Below are positions 8,882 to 18,873 of a DNA stretch of 64,000 nucleotides, piece after piece. The stretch covers positions 53,302 through 117,301 of the forward strand of contig CAWAUI010000003.1 in the NCBI GenBank assembly GCA_963785165.1. The letters are read 5' to 3'. The notes under the pieces are model-generated. The model was not told the DNA's origin. It did not search any database and saw only the letters and a program-made list of their open reading frames with translations. The position numbers and the translations under genes are program-made. The DNA is from Thermoanaerobaculaceae bacterium. GTDB lineage: Bacteria > Acidobacteriota > Thermoanaerobaculia > Multivoradales > UBA5704. Positions within the stretch are counted from its first letter, which is position 1; each line of letters begins with the position of its first letter.

Positions 8882-10007
8882 TTACTTCCCGTACTCGTAG
8901 CCCTGGCGCGCCTTGACCCGGAATTCCGGGTTGGTGAGCGTCACCTGGACCTGCTGGAAGCCCGACTTGCCGGCCGGCTGATCGCTCTGGTAGCTCAGCA
9001 GGTAGTAGCCGTTGTTCTCCTTCGAGACCTGGTCGAGCGGCGTCGAGTAGTTGGTGACGTTGAAGAAGTACTTGCCGCCCGTGTCCGCCGCCAGCTTGTT
9101 GAGCGAGTCGGAGAGGGTGTGCTCCACGGCCGGCGGCGTCAGGTCGAACGCGTAGGCCGCCACGTTGTTGGAGTTCAGGGCCTCGACGGTGGGCTGGAAG
9201 AACTTCTTGTCCGGCACGTACTGGCCGAAGGTGTCCTGCCGGCCGGGGAGGCCGAAGGTGAAGAGGAGGAGGTTTTTGCGCCCCCGCACGTTGCCGGCGG
9301 AGCGGGCGATCTGCTGGAGCGCCTCGTAGATGGTGGTCGTCTTGTCCCGCAGCTCGTTCCCCTTGGGCAGGCCCGCGAACAGCGAGGGGCCCTTGGTCTC
9401 GTCGATACGGGAGGGGTAGTTCCCCTCGCGCTCCTTCCCCTTGACGGCGTCGCCGATGGCCTCGACCACCGCCTTGCGGTCGCGGGTGAAGTCCTGCTGC
9501 ACCTTGAGCTTGGTGTCGAAGCTCGTGACGGCCACCCAGTCGTTGGGCAGCATCTCGTCCTGCACCCAGCCGCGCGCCCGCTTGGCGGCTTCCAGGCTCT
9601 GGGACAGAAGCCGCGGAGCCTCCTGGGCGACGTCCTTCTGGTCCTCGAAGAGCAGGATGAAGTACCGGTCCTCCGGCACCTGCTCGCGTGGACACGCCCG
9701 ACTTGGCGAGCGCCGTGGACGACTCGGTCAGGCGGCGGTTGCTGTAGAACGTCACGGACGTCAGGTCGATCGGCTTGCCGTTCTCCTTGACCACGAAGTC
9801 TTCCTTGCCGAGGCCCACGATGACGTTGCCCCGGGCGTCGGTGACCAGCACGTCAAGAAGGACCTCGTTGACGCTGACCTTCCCCTCGAACTGGGGAGGC
9901 TGCGGCTCCTGGGCTCGCACGGCGGTGCCCAGGCCGCAGAAAACGATGAGGGCGAAAGCCGTCATCCGGAATGATCTCGACATGGTTTTCTCCTTTTTTT
10001 CACGCAT
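8882..10007 (-). CDS. VWFA-related acidobacterial-domain protein (TIGR03436-like), secreted; frameshift near 9690
   Basis: Signal peptide MSRSFRMTAFALIVFCGLGTAVRAQ. Then the hallmark FEGKVSVNEVLLDVLVTDARGNVIVGLGKEDFVVKENGKPIDL, and a vWA body (ORF 8882-9679). The join reads ...VSTR/EQVPEDRYFILLFEDQ. Confidence 0.8.
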
Positions 10008-10046
10008 CCCTCACTGGAGGACAGCAAGGGATGCGCCAGGATTATT

Positions 10047-11240
10047 TCATGTCTGGCCCGAGGGGGGCTCTTCCTCGAACGTCCTCCCGAGAAGACGGAC
10101 GCTCGTCCCCTCCTCGGTACGGAGGGTGAAGGCCACGACCGTCTTTTCGGCGTGCGCGGCAAGTCGGGGGTAGCTCCCCTTGTCCGCCACCACCCGGGGA
10201 GCGCTCCAGTCGCCGTGGCCGTCCCGGATGCGGACCACGATGCTCCCGCCGGCCTCGTAGAGCAGGGCGACCCGGCCGTCCGGAAGCACGCCGATCTCGG
10301 GGTGACGCGCCAGCTTGTCCGGCTCGCTCACCAGGGTCCGCGGGGCGAAGCTCGCCCCGCCGTCGTGTGAGACGGTGGCATAGACGCCCGGAGTGCCGCC
10401 GGCGGTGAACCAGACGGCCCAGAGCGCGCCGTCCGCCGTCTGCGCGAACCTCACTCCGGTCTCGGGGCAGCCGTTGATCTTCCAGCCGTCCTCCGAGAGC
10501 TTGGCCCCGGCGTCGAACCGGGGCGGGTCGGCCTGGCTCTTGAGGACGCGGAAGTCCCGCAGGTTCTCGGGCTCCAGGTCCCGGTAGGCGAGCCAGACCT
10601 CACCGCCCTTCCCGGCCAGCAGCTCGGTGCCGCAGCACTGGCAGGTCTCGGCGTCCACGGTCTGGTTGGGCGAGAACGTCTTGCCGTCCCGGGTGGAGGC
10701 GGCGTAGACGCCCATCTGGCCGGCCCGGTTGTCCAGCCAGGCGAACACCACGCTCCCCGAGCTGCCCCCGCTGCCCCCGCTGCCCCCGCTGACAGTGGCC
10801 GAGGAGAGGAACGAATGCGAGCCGGGATTCTCGGGTTGGGGATGGAGGAGCACCGGCGGGCTCCAGGTGGCGCCCCGGTCGGTGGAGCGCTGCACCCGGA
10901 TCTCGCTCTTCCACTTGCCCGGCAGGGTCACCGGGTAGCCGGTGACGAGGGTGCCGTCCGGCAAAATATCCAGGGTGGGAGGGGACTCCGTGCCCGCCGC
11001 CGTGACCGTGCCGGCCGGGGAGACGTCGAACGGGCCGGCGGGCTCGGCCCCCAGCCGCCGGTAGCGCACGGCCGCGCCACCCGCACGGTCTTCCACGTAG
11101 ACCACGTGGAGATTGCCGGCGCCGTCCCACCGGAGCCTGGGGTCCCGCCCGGGGAAGGAAGCGTCGAGAGGGGCCGGGGCGGGGCGCGACGAGCACCCCG
11201 CCACGAGCAGCAGCCCGAGAATCAAGCCTCTTCTCACCAC
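10047..11240 (-). CDS. BNR/Asp-box repeat (sialidase-fold) lipoprotein
   Basis: Lipobox LLLVAGCSS. Asp-boxes STDRGATWS, STRDGKTFS, SHDGGASFA. Internal (GGS)n linker from a 9-bp x3 repeat at 10761-10790. Overlaps the upstream TBDR stop by 7 nt. Confidence 0.75.
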   Translation of the reverse strand: MVRRGLILGLLLVAGCSSRPAPAPLDASFPGRDPRLRWDGAGNLHVVYVEDRAGGAAVRYRRLGAEPAGPFDVSPAGTVTAAGTESPPTLDILPDGTLVTGYPVTLPGKWKSEIRVQRSTDRGATWSPPVLLHPQPENPGSHSFLSSATVSGGSGGSGGSSGSVVFAWLDNRAGQMGVYAASTRDGKTFSPNQTVDAETCQCCGTELLAGKGGEVWLAYRDLEPENLRDFRVLKSQADPPRFDAGAKLSEDGWKINGCPETGVRFAQTADGALWAVWFTAGGTPGVYATVSHDGGASFAPRTLVSEPDKLARHPEIGVLPDGRVALLYEAGGSIVVRIRDGHGDWSAPRVVADKGSYPRLAAHAEKTVVAFTLRTEEGTSVRLLGRTFEEEPPSGQT

Positions 11241-13318
11241 CGGTACTCCAGGCCGGCATAGACCGAGGCGCCATCCCCGGGCAGGAACTGCGCCGAGTCC
11301 CGCCCCCGGGCGTCCGGAATCACCCCGGTGGTCGCCGCGTAGGTCTCGTCCGTCAGGTTCCGCCCTTCGACGAAGCCGGCGAGGCCGCTCGCCGTGCGGT
11401 AGCCGAGCTTGAGGCCGACGAGGGTGTAGGGGTCCGCGAAGAGGGTGTTGGCGTGGTCCACGGGGTAGCGGTTCAGCACCGATTCGAGGTTGGGGCCGCC
11501 GTAGAAGCCGCCGCGCTCGAAGAGCACCTCGGTGCGCAGGAAGTGCTCGGGCACGCCCGCGAGGGTGTTGTCGCCGAAGGTCGGGTCACCGTCGAACTCG
11601 AAACGGCTCCAGTTGTAGACCTGCCGCACGGCGAGAGCCACGGAGGCCGGGAGGGCAAAGCGGGCCTGGAGCCCCACCTCGGCCCCGGAGTGCAGGGTGC
11701 GCCCGGCGTTGATGGTGCCGAGCGGGTTCCCCACGGCGTCGTTCAGGCTCAACAGCTCGTCGGACACCCGGGCGCGGTAGAGGGCGAGGTCCCAGGAAAA
11801 GACTCCTGAGGCTCCCCGGCTGCCCACTTCCAGGGTGTCGGCCGTCTGGGCTTCGAGCTTCAGCAAACCGTCCCCGCCCACGTTGACCAGCTCGCCGAAG
11901 GTCGGCGGCTCGAAGCTGCGGCTCAGGTTGGCAAAGAGCGCCACGTCCGGCGACGCCTGGAAGAGGATTCCCAGCTTGGGGCTCACGCCGTCGAAGTCCT
12001 GCTGGTCGGTCTGGTCGCCGTTGGCCAGGAAGTCGTCGTCGAAGTCCCGGCGGGCGAAGGAGGCCTGGACGCCCAGGGAGAGGGAGAGCCGGGACCGCAC
12101 CTCGTGGCGGTCCTCCGCGTAGACGTCCACGTTGGTCGAGGTGGTCTTGCCGGCCGCCGTGCGCGCTCCCCGGTTGCCGGCCACGTTGACGAAGCGGTTG
12201 TCGTCCACGAAGCCCAGGGACGGGCTGACGCCGAGGACCAGCCGGTTGGCCCGGCCCCGCAGCGTCGCCTCGTTCTCGTAGCGCACGTCGGTCCCGAAGT
12301 CGTTGGACTCCTGGTCGAGCACCTGGAAGATGGGATGGTCGAGGCTCTTGTAGGACCAGAAGCTCCCCACATCGAGCCGGCTGTCGTCGCCGAACCGCAG
12401 GCTGGTGCGGTTGGAGACCCGGAAGAGGTCGAAGTCCCGCTTCTGGTCGAGGGCCAGGTTGCCCGCCGCGGCCTGCCGGGAGTCGGCTTCGAGCTGGGCC
12501 TTGGTGAGGTTGCCCGGCAGCTCCGAGTCGGAGCGGAAGGCCGCCAGGTAGAAGCGGGTCTCCAGATCCTCGTCCGGCCGGTAGCCGAAGTTCCCCAGGA
12601 AGCGCTGGTTGCTCTGCGCGGAGTGCCGCGGAAGCCGTCCAGCGAGGAGTGGGCGAGCGTCGCGAAGCCGTCCACGTTCCCCCGGTTGAACCCGGAGCTG
12701 ACCTGGCCCCGCAGGTAGCCGAACGAGCCGGACTCGACCCGGGCCTGAAGCGGCGGGCTGTCATACCCGTTGCGCGAGACGTAGTTGATGGCCCCGCCGA
12801 GCGTCGACGAGCCCAGCGCCAGGGCGTTCGCCGCCGCGGAAGACCTCGACGTAGCGGGCGGCCAGCGGCTCCACGGCCTGAAAGTCGAAGGCCCCGTCCG
12901 CGAGGTTGAGCGGTACTCCATCCTGGAGCAGCTTGAGGCCGCGCCCGTGGAAGGTCCGCTGGAGGCCCGAGCCGCGGATGGAGAGGCGCGCCTCTTCCGA
13001 GCCGAACCGCGGCTGCACGAGCACGCCCGGCGCAAACTCCAGGGCGTCCTTGAGGGTCGCGACCCGCCCCCGCTCATAGGTTTCGGCGTCCACCAGGCTG
13101 GTGCCGCCCGGCACCGCCTTCAGCTCCTTCTCCGCCTTGGCGACGCTGGGCGACGTCAAGGCGGGCTCCTCCTTCTCGATCACGCTGATCTCCCCGGTGT
13201 AGCTCGCCTGGGGGTTGTCAGGGTCCTGCTGCGCCTGCGGGTCCTGGGCAAATGCAAGGCTCGCGCAGAGCATTCCAGCCAGCGCGAAGGCACACGTCGG
13301 CCTACACGAAATCCTCAT
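11234..13318 (-). CDS. TonB-dependent receptor; several frameshifts between ~12.3 and 13.0 kb
   Basis: N-terminal signal and plug (12761-13318: ...PGGTSLVDAETYERGRVATLKDALEFAPGVLVQPRFGSEEARLSIRGSGLQ...). C-terminal barrel (11234-12370) ends in YAGLEYRW. The middle is spread over other frames. Confidence 0.8.
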
Positions 13319-13395
13319 GAGATGACACTCCTTTTCCGTTCATAATTTTCCGTTCATGAAAGAGCCTCTATCCGCCCGCGAGGGCGGCGCTGATT

Positions 13396-13818
13396 TCACG
13401 AGAAGGGAAAAGGAGAGGTCCGGGGCGGCGGAGATTCGGGAGAAAAAGCCAGGGACAGGGGGATGGAGACCTCGGCGGTCTCGAGGGTGCCTCGGGGATC
13501 GAGCCCGAAGCCGAAGACGGCGTCGTCAAAGATCCCCAGGCGGTGCCGGAGATCGAGAACGACCCGCGGGGTGTCGCTCTCCGTGGGCCGGGGCGCCCGC
13601 ATCGCGCAGCGGCCTCCCACGCCCATGCCGCAGTGGCTCCCCATCTTCATGCTCATGCGGTGCATGGAGAGATCGCAGGCGCAATCCCCCTTCTTCATTC
13701 CGCACGAGCAGTAATGGCTCCCCGAATCCCCGAACGCCAGGCAGAAGGGCGCGAGGATCAGGATCGCCAGAACGGTGCAGACGATCTTGTGGAGCCTGGC
13801 TCCACCGGGGTGCGACAT
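13396..13818 (-). CDS. Small membrane-anchored Cys/His/Met-rich protein (possible metal-binding)
   Basis: TM/signal LHKIVCTVLAILILAPFCLAFG followed by HYCSCGMKKGDCACDLSMHRMSMKMGSHCGMGVGGRCAM. First gene of the minus-strand run ahead of the TBDR. No family recognised. Confidence 0.5.
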   Translation of the reverse strand: MSHPGGARLHKIVCTVLAILILAPFCLAFGDSGSHYCSCGMKKGDCACDLSMHRMSMKMGSHCGMGVGGRCAMRAPRPTESDTPRVVLDLRHRLGIFDDAVFGFGLDPRGTLETAEVSIPLSLAFSPESPPPRTSPFPFS

Positions 13819-13834
13819 GGGCGAGGAGTTTACC

Positions 13835-15981
13835 TCACCCTCCGGAGGCCGGCCACCGCGCGTAGAACCCGCCCGCCTCCGCCGTCCGCCGCAGCGCGCC
13901 CGACGGCTGGAACCGGCTGCCCACGGCGGTCTCCAGGCGTTCCAGGGTGGCGATGACGCGGTCCAGCCTCTCCTGGTCGGCCCAGTGGCAGAGGCCGCCG
14001 CGGAAGGGGGGGAAACCGGTGCCGAAGATGAGGGCCAGATCCACGTCCCCGGCCGTCCTCACCACTCCCTCTTCCAGGCAGCGGGCCGCCTCGTTGACCA
14101 TGGGGAGCACCATGCGGTCCGCGATGAGGCCCGGGTCCGGATCGTTCACCCGGGGATGGAGCCCTAGAAGGGTGTAGACGGCAGGGTCCGGCCCCTTCCG
14201 CTCCTTCCCCTCATAGAGGTAGAAGCCCTTGCCGTTCTTGGTCCCCAGCCGGCCGCTCTCCGGCGTACGGTCGAGCCACGTGGGCAGGGGCAGCCGGTCG
14301 CTGAACGCCTCGTGGAGGATGTGGGCCACCTTGGTGGCCACGTCGATCCCCACCTCGTCGGTGAGGACGATCGGCCCCACGGGCATCCCCCAGTCGAGCA
14401 TGGCCCGGTCCAGATCCTCCATGCGGTACCCCTCGTCGAGCAGCCAGAGCGCCTTCCACCGAGTAGAACATCAGCAGCCGGTTGACCAGGAAGCCCGGCG
14501 TGTCCTTCACCAGCACGGGGGTCTTGCCCAGCTTGCGGGTGAAGCTGGAAGACCGTGTTCACGGCCACCGGATCGCTCCCCTCGGCCGCGATCACCTCCA
14601 CCAGGGGCATCTTGTGGACGGGGTTGAAGAAGTGCATGCCCACCACGCGCCCCGGGTTGGGGGTCTTGGCGCCGATCCCCGCGATCGAGAGGGACGACGT
14701 GTTGGAGGCCAGCACCGCGTCCGGCGCCACGTGCTGCGCCGTCTCCTCGAAGACCCCCTGCTTGACGCCCATGTTCTCCACGATGGCCTCGACCACCAGA
14801 TCCACCGAGCCGAAGCCCGTAAAGTCGAGGGTCGGGTGGAGCAGGGCCATCTTCCGCCGCGACTCCGGCGCCGTGAGCCGCCGCCGCTCCACCTGCTTGG
14901 CGAACAGGCCCGCCGCGTGCTGCATGCCGGAGGCGAGCGCCTCGTCCCGCACGTCCTTCATCCGCACCGGCAGATCCGTCTCGGCGGCGATGAGCTGGGC
15001 GATGCCGCCGCCCATGACGCCCGCTCCCAACACGGCCGTGGCGCGCACCTTCCGCGGCTCGGCGCCCGGCAGCCCCTTCTCCTTCTTGGCTTCTTCCGTC
15101 AGCCGGAAGACGTGCACCAGGCTCTTCGAGATCTTCGCCGTGGCAAGCTCGGCCACCGCCCGCGCCTCGGCGTCGAACCCCGCCTTCACACCGTCCTCGA
15201 TCCCCACCCGCACCACTTCGATGGCCCGCAGGGGAGCGGGGTAGTGGCCGCGCGTGGTCTCCAGCGTCTTCTTCCTCGCCTGGTCGAAGAGCACCTTGCG
15301 GCCCAGCGGGTTCTTTTCGAGGAGCATCTCCTTCAAGTCCGTCTTCACCTCGTCCCGCTTCTTCTGGTCGACCTTGCCGAGGGCGAAGTCGCGTACCCCG
15401 TCGAGGAAGCCGGCGTCCGGAATGAGCGCGTCGATCAGCCCCAGCTTCAGCGCCTTGCGCCCCGACACCGTCTTGCCGGTGAGGATCAGGTCCAGCGCCT
15501 CGGCGATGCCGATCAGCCGGGGGAGCCGGGTCGAGCCGCCCCAGCCGGGAAGAATCCCCAGCCGCACCTCGGGAAGGCCCATCTTCGTATCCGGCCGGTC
15601 GCTCGCCACCCGGTACGTCGAGGCGAGCGAAATCTCCAGCCCGCCGCCCAGGCAGATCCCGCGGATGGCCGACACGGTGGGGAAGGGGAGCGCCTCCCAG
15701 GCCGAAAACAGCCGGTGACCGCTCCGCGACCCCGCCTCCGCCTCCACCGGGTCCGTCACCCGGGCGATCTCGTCCACGTCCGCCCCGGCGATGAAGTTGG
15801 CCGCCTTGCCCGAGAGCAGAATCAGGCAGCCGATGTCCTTGCGGGAAGCGGCCTCTTCCAGAACCTTCTCCAGATCCTGGAACGCCGTCCGGGTGAAGAC
15901 GTTGACCTTGCGGTCCGGCGAATCGAACGTCAGCGTCGCCAGGCGGTCGGCGCCGACTTCGAGGTGGAAGATGGATGGCAT
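13835..15981 (-). CDS. Fatty-acid oxidation multifunctional protein (enoyl-CoA hydratase / 3-hydroxyacyl-CoA dehydrogenase, FadB/FadJ type); frameshifts ~14.42-14.56 kb
   Basis: Crotonase N-terminus (LILLSGKAANFIAGADVDEI). NAD-binding VLGAGVMGGGIAQ. HCDH C-terminus VKDTPGFLVNRLL then MLDWGMPVGPIVLTDEVGIDV...IFGTGFPPFRGG, on a different frame. Confidence 0.85.
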
Positions 15982-15997
15982 GGTGACTCCTCCTGAA

Positions 15998-16160
15998 AGC
16001 CCTCACCCCCGGCCCCTCTCCCGGCCCTCCACCCTCCCTTCCGGGGAGAGGGGAGAAAGGCAAACTCTGGATTCGACGTGGAACCCTCTCTCCCGTCCTT
16101 CTCCCCCTCTCCCCGGCCGGGTGGGCGGAGGGCCGGGAGAGGGGGCGGGGGGTGAGGGCT
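15998..16160. repeat. REP/MITE-like palindromic element, long subtype (copy C)
   Basis: aGCCCTCACCCCCggCCCCTCTCCCggCCCTCCACCC...GGGGAGAGGGG...CCCCTCTCCCCggccGGGTGGgcGGAGGGccGGGAGAGGGGgcGGGGGGTGAGGGCt. It fills the entire space between the fadD stop (16161) and the fadB/J-type start (15981). Confidence 0.8.
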
Positions 16161-17987
16161 CTACCCCCCCTTCTGATCCGCCTCGGCGTAGAGCCGCTCG
16201 ATGACGTCCCCGTACTTCTGGTTGATCACCCGGCGCTTCACCTTCTGCGTCGGCGTCAGCTCGCCCGTCTCCAGCGTGAACTCGTCGGGCAGCAGCTCCC
16301 AGGCCACGATCTTCTCGAAGCCGGCGAGGCCGGAGTTCACCTGCTCGACCTCCTGGGCGATCTGCGCCCGCACCTGCGGGTTCTTCACCAGGTCGGCCGG
16401 CGCGGCCCCGGCGTGGCCGGACTTCTCGGCCCAGGCCTTGAGCACGTCGAAGTCGGGCACCAGCAGCGCGGAGAGGAACTTCCGGCGGTCGCCGATCACC
16501 ACCGCCTGGCCGATGAAGCGGCTCGCCTTGAGCGCGTTCTCGATCGGCGCCGGCGCCACGTTCTTGCCGTAGGCGTTGATGATCAGCTCCTTCTTGCGGT
16601 CGGTGATCCGCACGAAGCCCTCGTCGTCGATCTCGCCGATGTCGCCGGTGTGGAACCAGCCCTCGTCGTCGATCACCTCCGCCGTCTCCTTGTCCATCTT
16701 CCAGTAGCCCTTCATGATGTTGGGGCCTTTGGAGAGGATCTCGCCGTCCGCGGCGATCTTCACCGTCACGCCCTCGATGGGCTTGCCGACCGTCCCCATC
16801 TTCACCGCGTTGCGGCCGTTCACCGAGATCACGGGCGACGTCTCCGACAGGCCGTACCCTTCATAAATCGGCACCCCGGCGCCCCAGAAGAACTCCGCGA
16901 GGTCGCGCGACAGCGGCGCGCCGCCCGAAACGGCGAACACGAACCGGCCCCCCAGGCGCTGGTGGATCTTCGAGAACACCAGCTTGTCCGCCAGCTTGAG
17001 CTGGAAGCCGAGCAGGCCCGGCGGTGTCTGGTGCTTGAGCCGCCACGGGAGCGAACGGCGCCCCACCGACACGGCCCAGGCGAAGAGCTTCTGCTTGATC
17101 GGCGAGCCCGCCGCCACCCCCTCCTGCACCCGGGCGTAGAACTTCTCGTACACCCGGGGCACCGACACGAAGAGGTGCGGCTTCACCTCCTGCATGTTCT
17201 GCGAGACCACCGCCACCGACTCGGCATAGGCGATCGTCGTCCCCTGCAGGAAGTAGATGTAGTCCACCGTCCGCTCGAACGAGTGCGAGAGCGGCAGGAA
17301 CGACAGCGCCGTGAAGCGGCTCTCCACGTCCAGCACCTTGAGGCCCGCCGTCACGTTCGAGGCAATGTTCCCGTGCGTCAGCTGCACCCCCTTGGGAGTG
17401 CCCGTCGTGCCGCTCGTATAAATGAAGGTCGCGAGGTCGTCCGGCTTCACCGCCCGCGCCCGCTGCTCGAAGTCCGCGGCGTCGTAGCCCGCCCCCTTCT
17501 CGAGCAGCGCGTTGAACGTCGTCACCCGCGGATCGCTCGACTCGCCCTTGATCAGAACAAACTGCTTGACCTCCGGAAGCTCGTCCACGTGGGCGAGGAG
17601 ACCGTCGAGATGGGCGGCCGTCTCCGCGAACACGATCTTTGCGCCGCAGTTGTTGACGATGTAGGAAGATTGGTCCGGCAGCAGTGTTGGGTAGATCGGC
17701 ACCAGCACGCCGCCCGAGCAGAGGGTCGCGAAGTCGACCGTGGGCCAGTGGGGGCCGCTCTCCGACATCAGCGCCACCCGGTCGCCCGGCTGAAGGCCGA
17801 GGTCCAGGAGCGCCTTGGACAACCGCCGTACGCGGTCCACGAGCTCCGCCGTGGACATCGGCTGATAAGTGCCTCCTACCTTGGACAGGAGACAGTCCGG
17901 CTTGTTGTAACTCGCCGCTTTCAGGAACAGCTCCGACAGGGTTGTGACCGACATGAGAGCCCTCCGCTCTTGAGTGGACGGGGGCAT
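16161..17987 (-). CDS. fadD: Long-chain fatty acid-CoA ligase (AMP-dependent synthetase)
   Basis: Intact 608-aa ORF with the AMP motif YTSGTTGTPKGVQLTHGNI, then WFHTGDIGEIDDEGFVRITDRKKELI. An alternative start is MSVTTL at 17954. Confidence 0.9.
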   Translation of the reverse strand: MPPSTQERRALMSVTTLSELFLKAASYNKPDCLLSKVGGTYQPMSTAELVDRVRRLSKALLDLGLQPGDRVALMSESGPHWPTVDFATLCSGGVLVPIYPTLLPDQSSYIVNNCGAKIVFAETAAHLDGLLAHVDELPEVKQFVLIKGESSDPRVTTFNALLEKGAGYDAADFEQRARAVKPDDLATFIYTSGTTGTPKGVQLTHGNIASNVTAGLKVLDVESRFTALSFLPLSHSFERTVDYIYFLQGTTIAYAESVAVVSQNMQEVKPHLFVSVPRVYEKFYARVQEGVAAGSPIKQKLFAWAVSVGRRSLPWRLKHQTPPGLLGFQLKLADKLVFSKIHQRLGGRFVFAVSGGAPLSRDLAEFFWGAGVPIYEGYGLSETSPVISVNGRNAVKMGTVGKPIEGVTVKIAADGEILSKGPNIMKGYWKMDKETAEVIDDEGWFHTGDIGEIDDEGFVRITDRKKELIINAYGKNVAPAPIENALKASRFIGQAVVIGDRRKFLSALLVPDFDVLKAWAEKSGHAGAAPADLVKNPQVRAQIAQEVEQVNSGLAGFEKIVAWELLPDEFTLETGELTPTQKVKRRVINQKYGDVIERLYAEADQKGG

Positions 17988-18131
17988 TCTATCCCATGGG
18001 AACAGGAGCGGCCCCGCCCCCTTGGATGGGAGGCAGGGAGAGGCCGGCAGGCCCTGCGCCTTTGGGTCTTCATGAGGGTGGGGAGGGATCGTCCCGCTCT
18101 GCCCTTCGAGGAGACGGCCCGACGACGGTGC

Positions 18132-18301
18132 ACCCGGAAAGGGCGTCGGTAGAGGACTGGGCCGTCTCTACGGAACGGTATTGCCATTGCAAACAATGGG
18201 GTTACGGGGATATCGAGGAAACGCCCCGTAACCTCAACTTTGGCCATGGCAGGACGGTACCGTAGAGACGTCCCCAGTCCTCTACCGGGCACTTTCCGGG
18301 T
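18132..18301. repeat. Structured inverted-repeat element (MITE-like or ncRNA candidate)
   Basis: Imperfect inverted arms of about 45 bp (acccggaaagggcgtcggtagaggactgggccgtctctacgg / ccgtagagacgtccccagtcctctaccgggcactttccgggt). They flank two small hairpins (ccattgcaaacaatgg; ggttacgggg...ccccgtaacc). Confidence 0.5.
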
Positions 18302-18505
18302 CCACAAACGGCGGGGCGTCTCTCTCGGAGGGCACACGGGAACGATTCAGGACAACCGATTGGGTCACCTAGCCCAAGCGATTCGTGGGCCTGGTTCTGA
18401 GAAACTCGCCCCATTTCTTTCCGTCTGGAGCAACACTGTATCCAGGGGATGGGCTGCGCCCGGCATACCGCCGTGTCCGAGACCCGTCCTCCTGGAGACT
18501 TCACC

Positions 18506-18769
18506 ATGTCCCGGAACTCCCGTCTCTACCGTGGTTTGACCGTCCTCGCCCTGGTGTCCGCCTTCCTCTTCGCCAGCCTGCCCGCGCAAGCCTTGCCTAC
18601 CCGCCGGCCCGTCCCCAGGGTTGCCGTTACCGGCGATGGGATGTTCGCCTGGATCCGGAGCGTCCTCGTGCGCCTGGGGATTCCGGGGATGGCGAAGGAA
18701 GGGGTGTCGATCGACCCGGACGGCATCGTCGTCAGCGACGAGGGCGTGATGATCGACCCCAATGGCTGA
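18506..18769 (+). CDS. Small secreted protein (87 aa) with C-terminal IDP(D/N)G repeats
   Basis: MSRNSRLYRGLTVLALVSAFLFASLPAQA signal peptide. C-terminus EGVSIDPDGIVVSDEGVMIDPNG. Followed by a strong terminator. Confidence 0.6.
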   Translation: MSRNSRLYRGLTVLALVSAFLFASLPAQALPTRRPVPRVAVTGDGMFAWIRSVLVRLGIPGMAKEGVSIDPDGIVVSDEGVMIDPNG

Positions 18770-18780
18770 GCGAATCGACC

Positions 18781-18815
18781 AGGCCGGGGAGGTTTCCTCT
18801 CCGGCCTCTTTTTAT
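18781..18815 (+). terminator. Rho-independent terminator
   Basis: aggccggggagg-tttc-cctctccggcct (12-bp stem with one G.U pair) followed by ctttttattt. Confidence 0.7.
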
Positions 18816-18873
18816 TTGCGCAGGTGTCACGAAGGAGGTGTCTGATGTGACTTTACCGTACAGGAGGCATTGC

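Noticed and set aside
10761-10790. 9-bp x3 tandem repeat (gctgccccc).
   Set aside because: It encodes an in-frame GGSGGSGGS linker inside the BNR lipoprotein. This is ordinary low-complexity linker, not a regulatory repeat.
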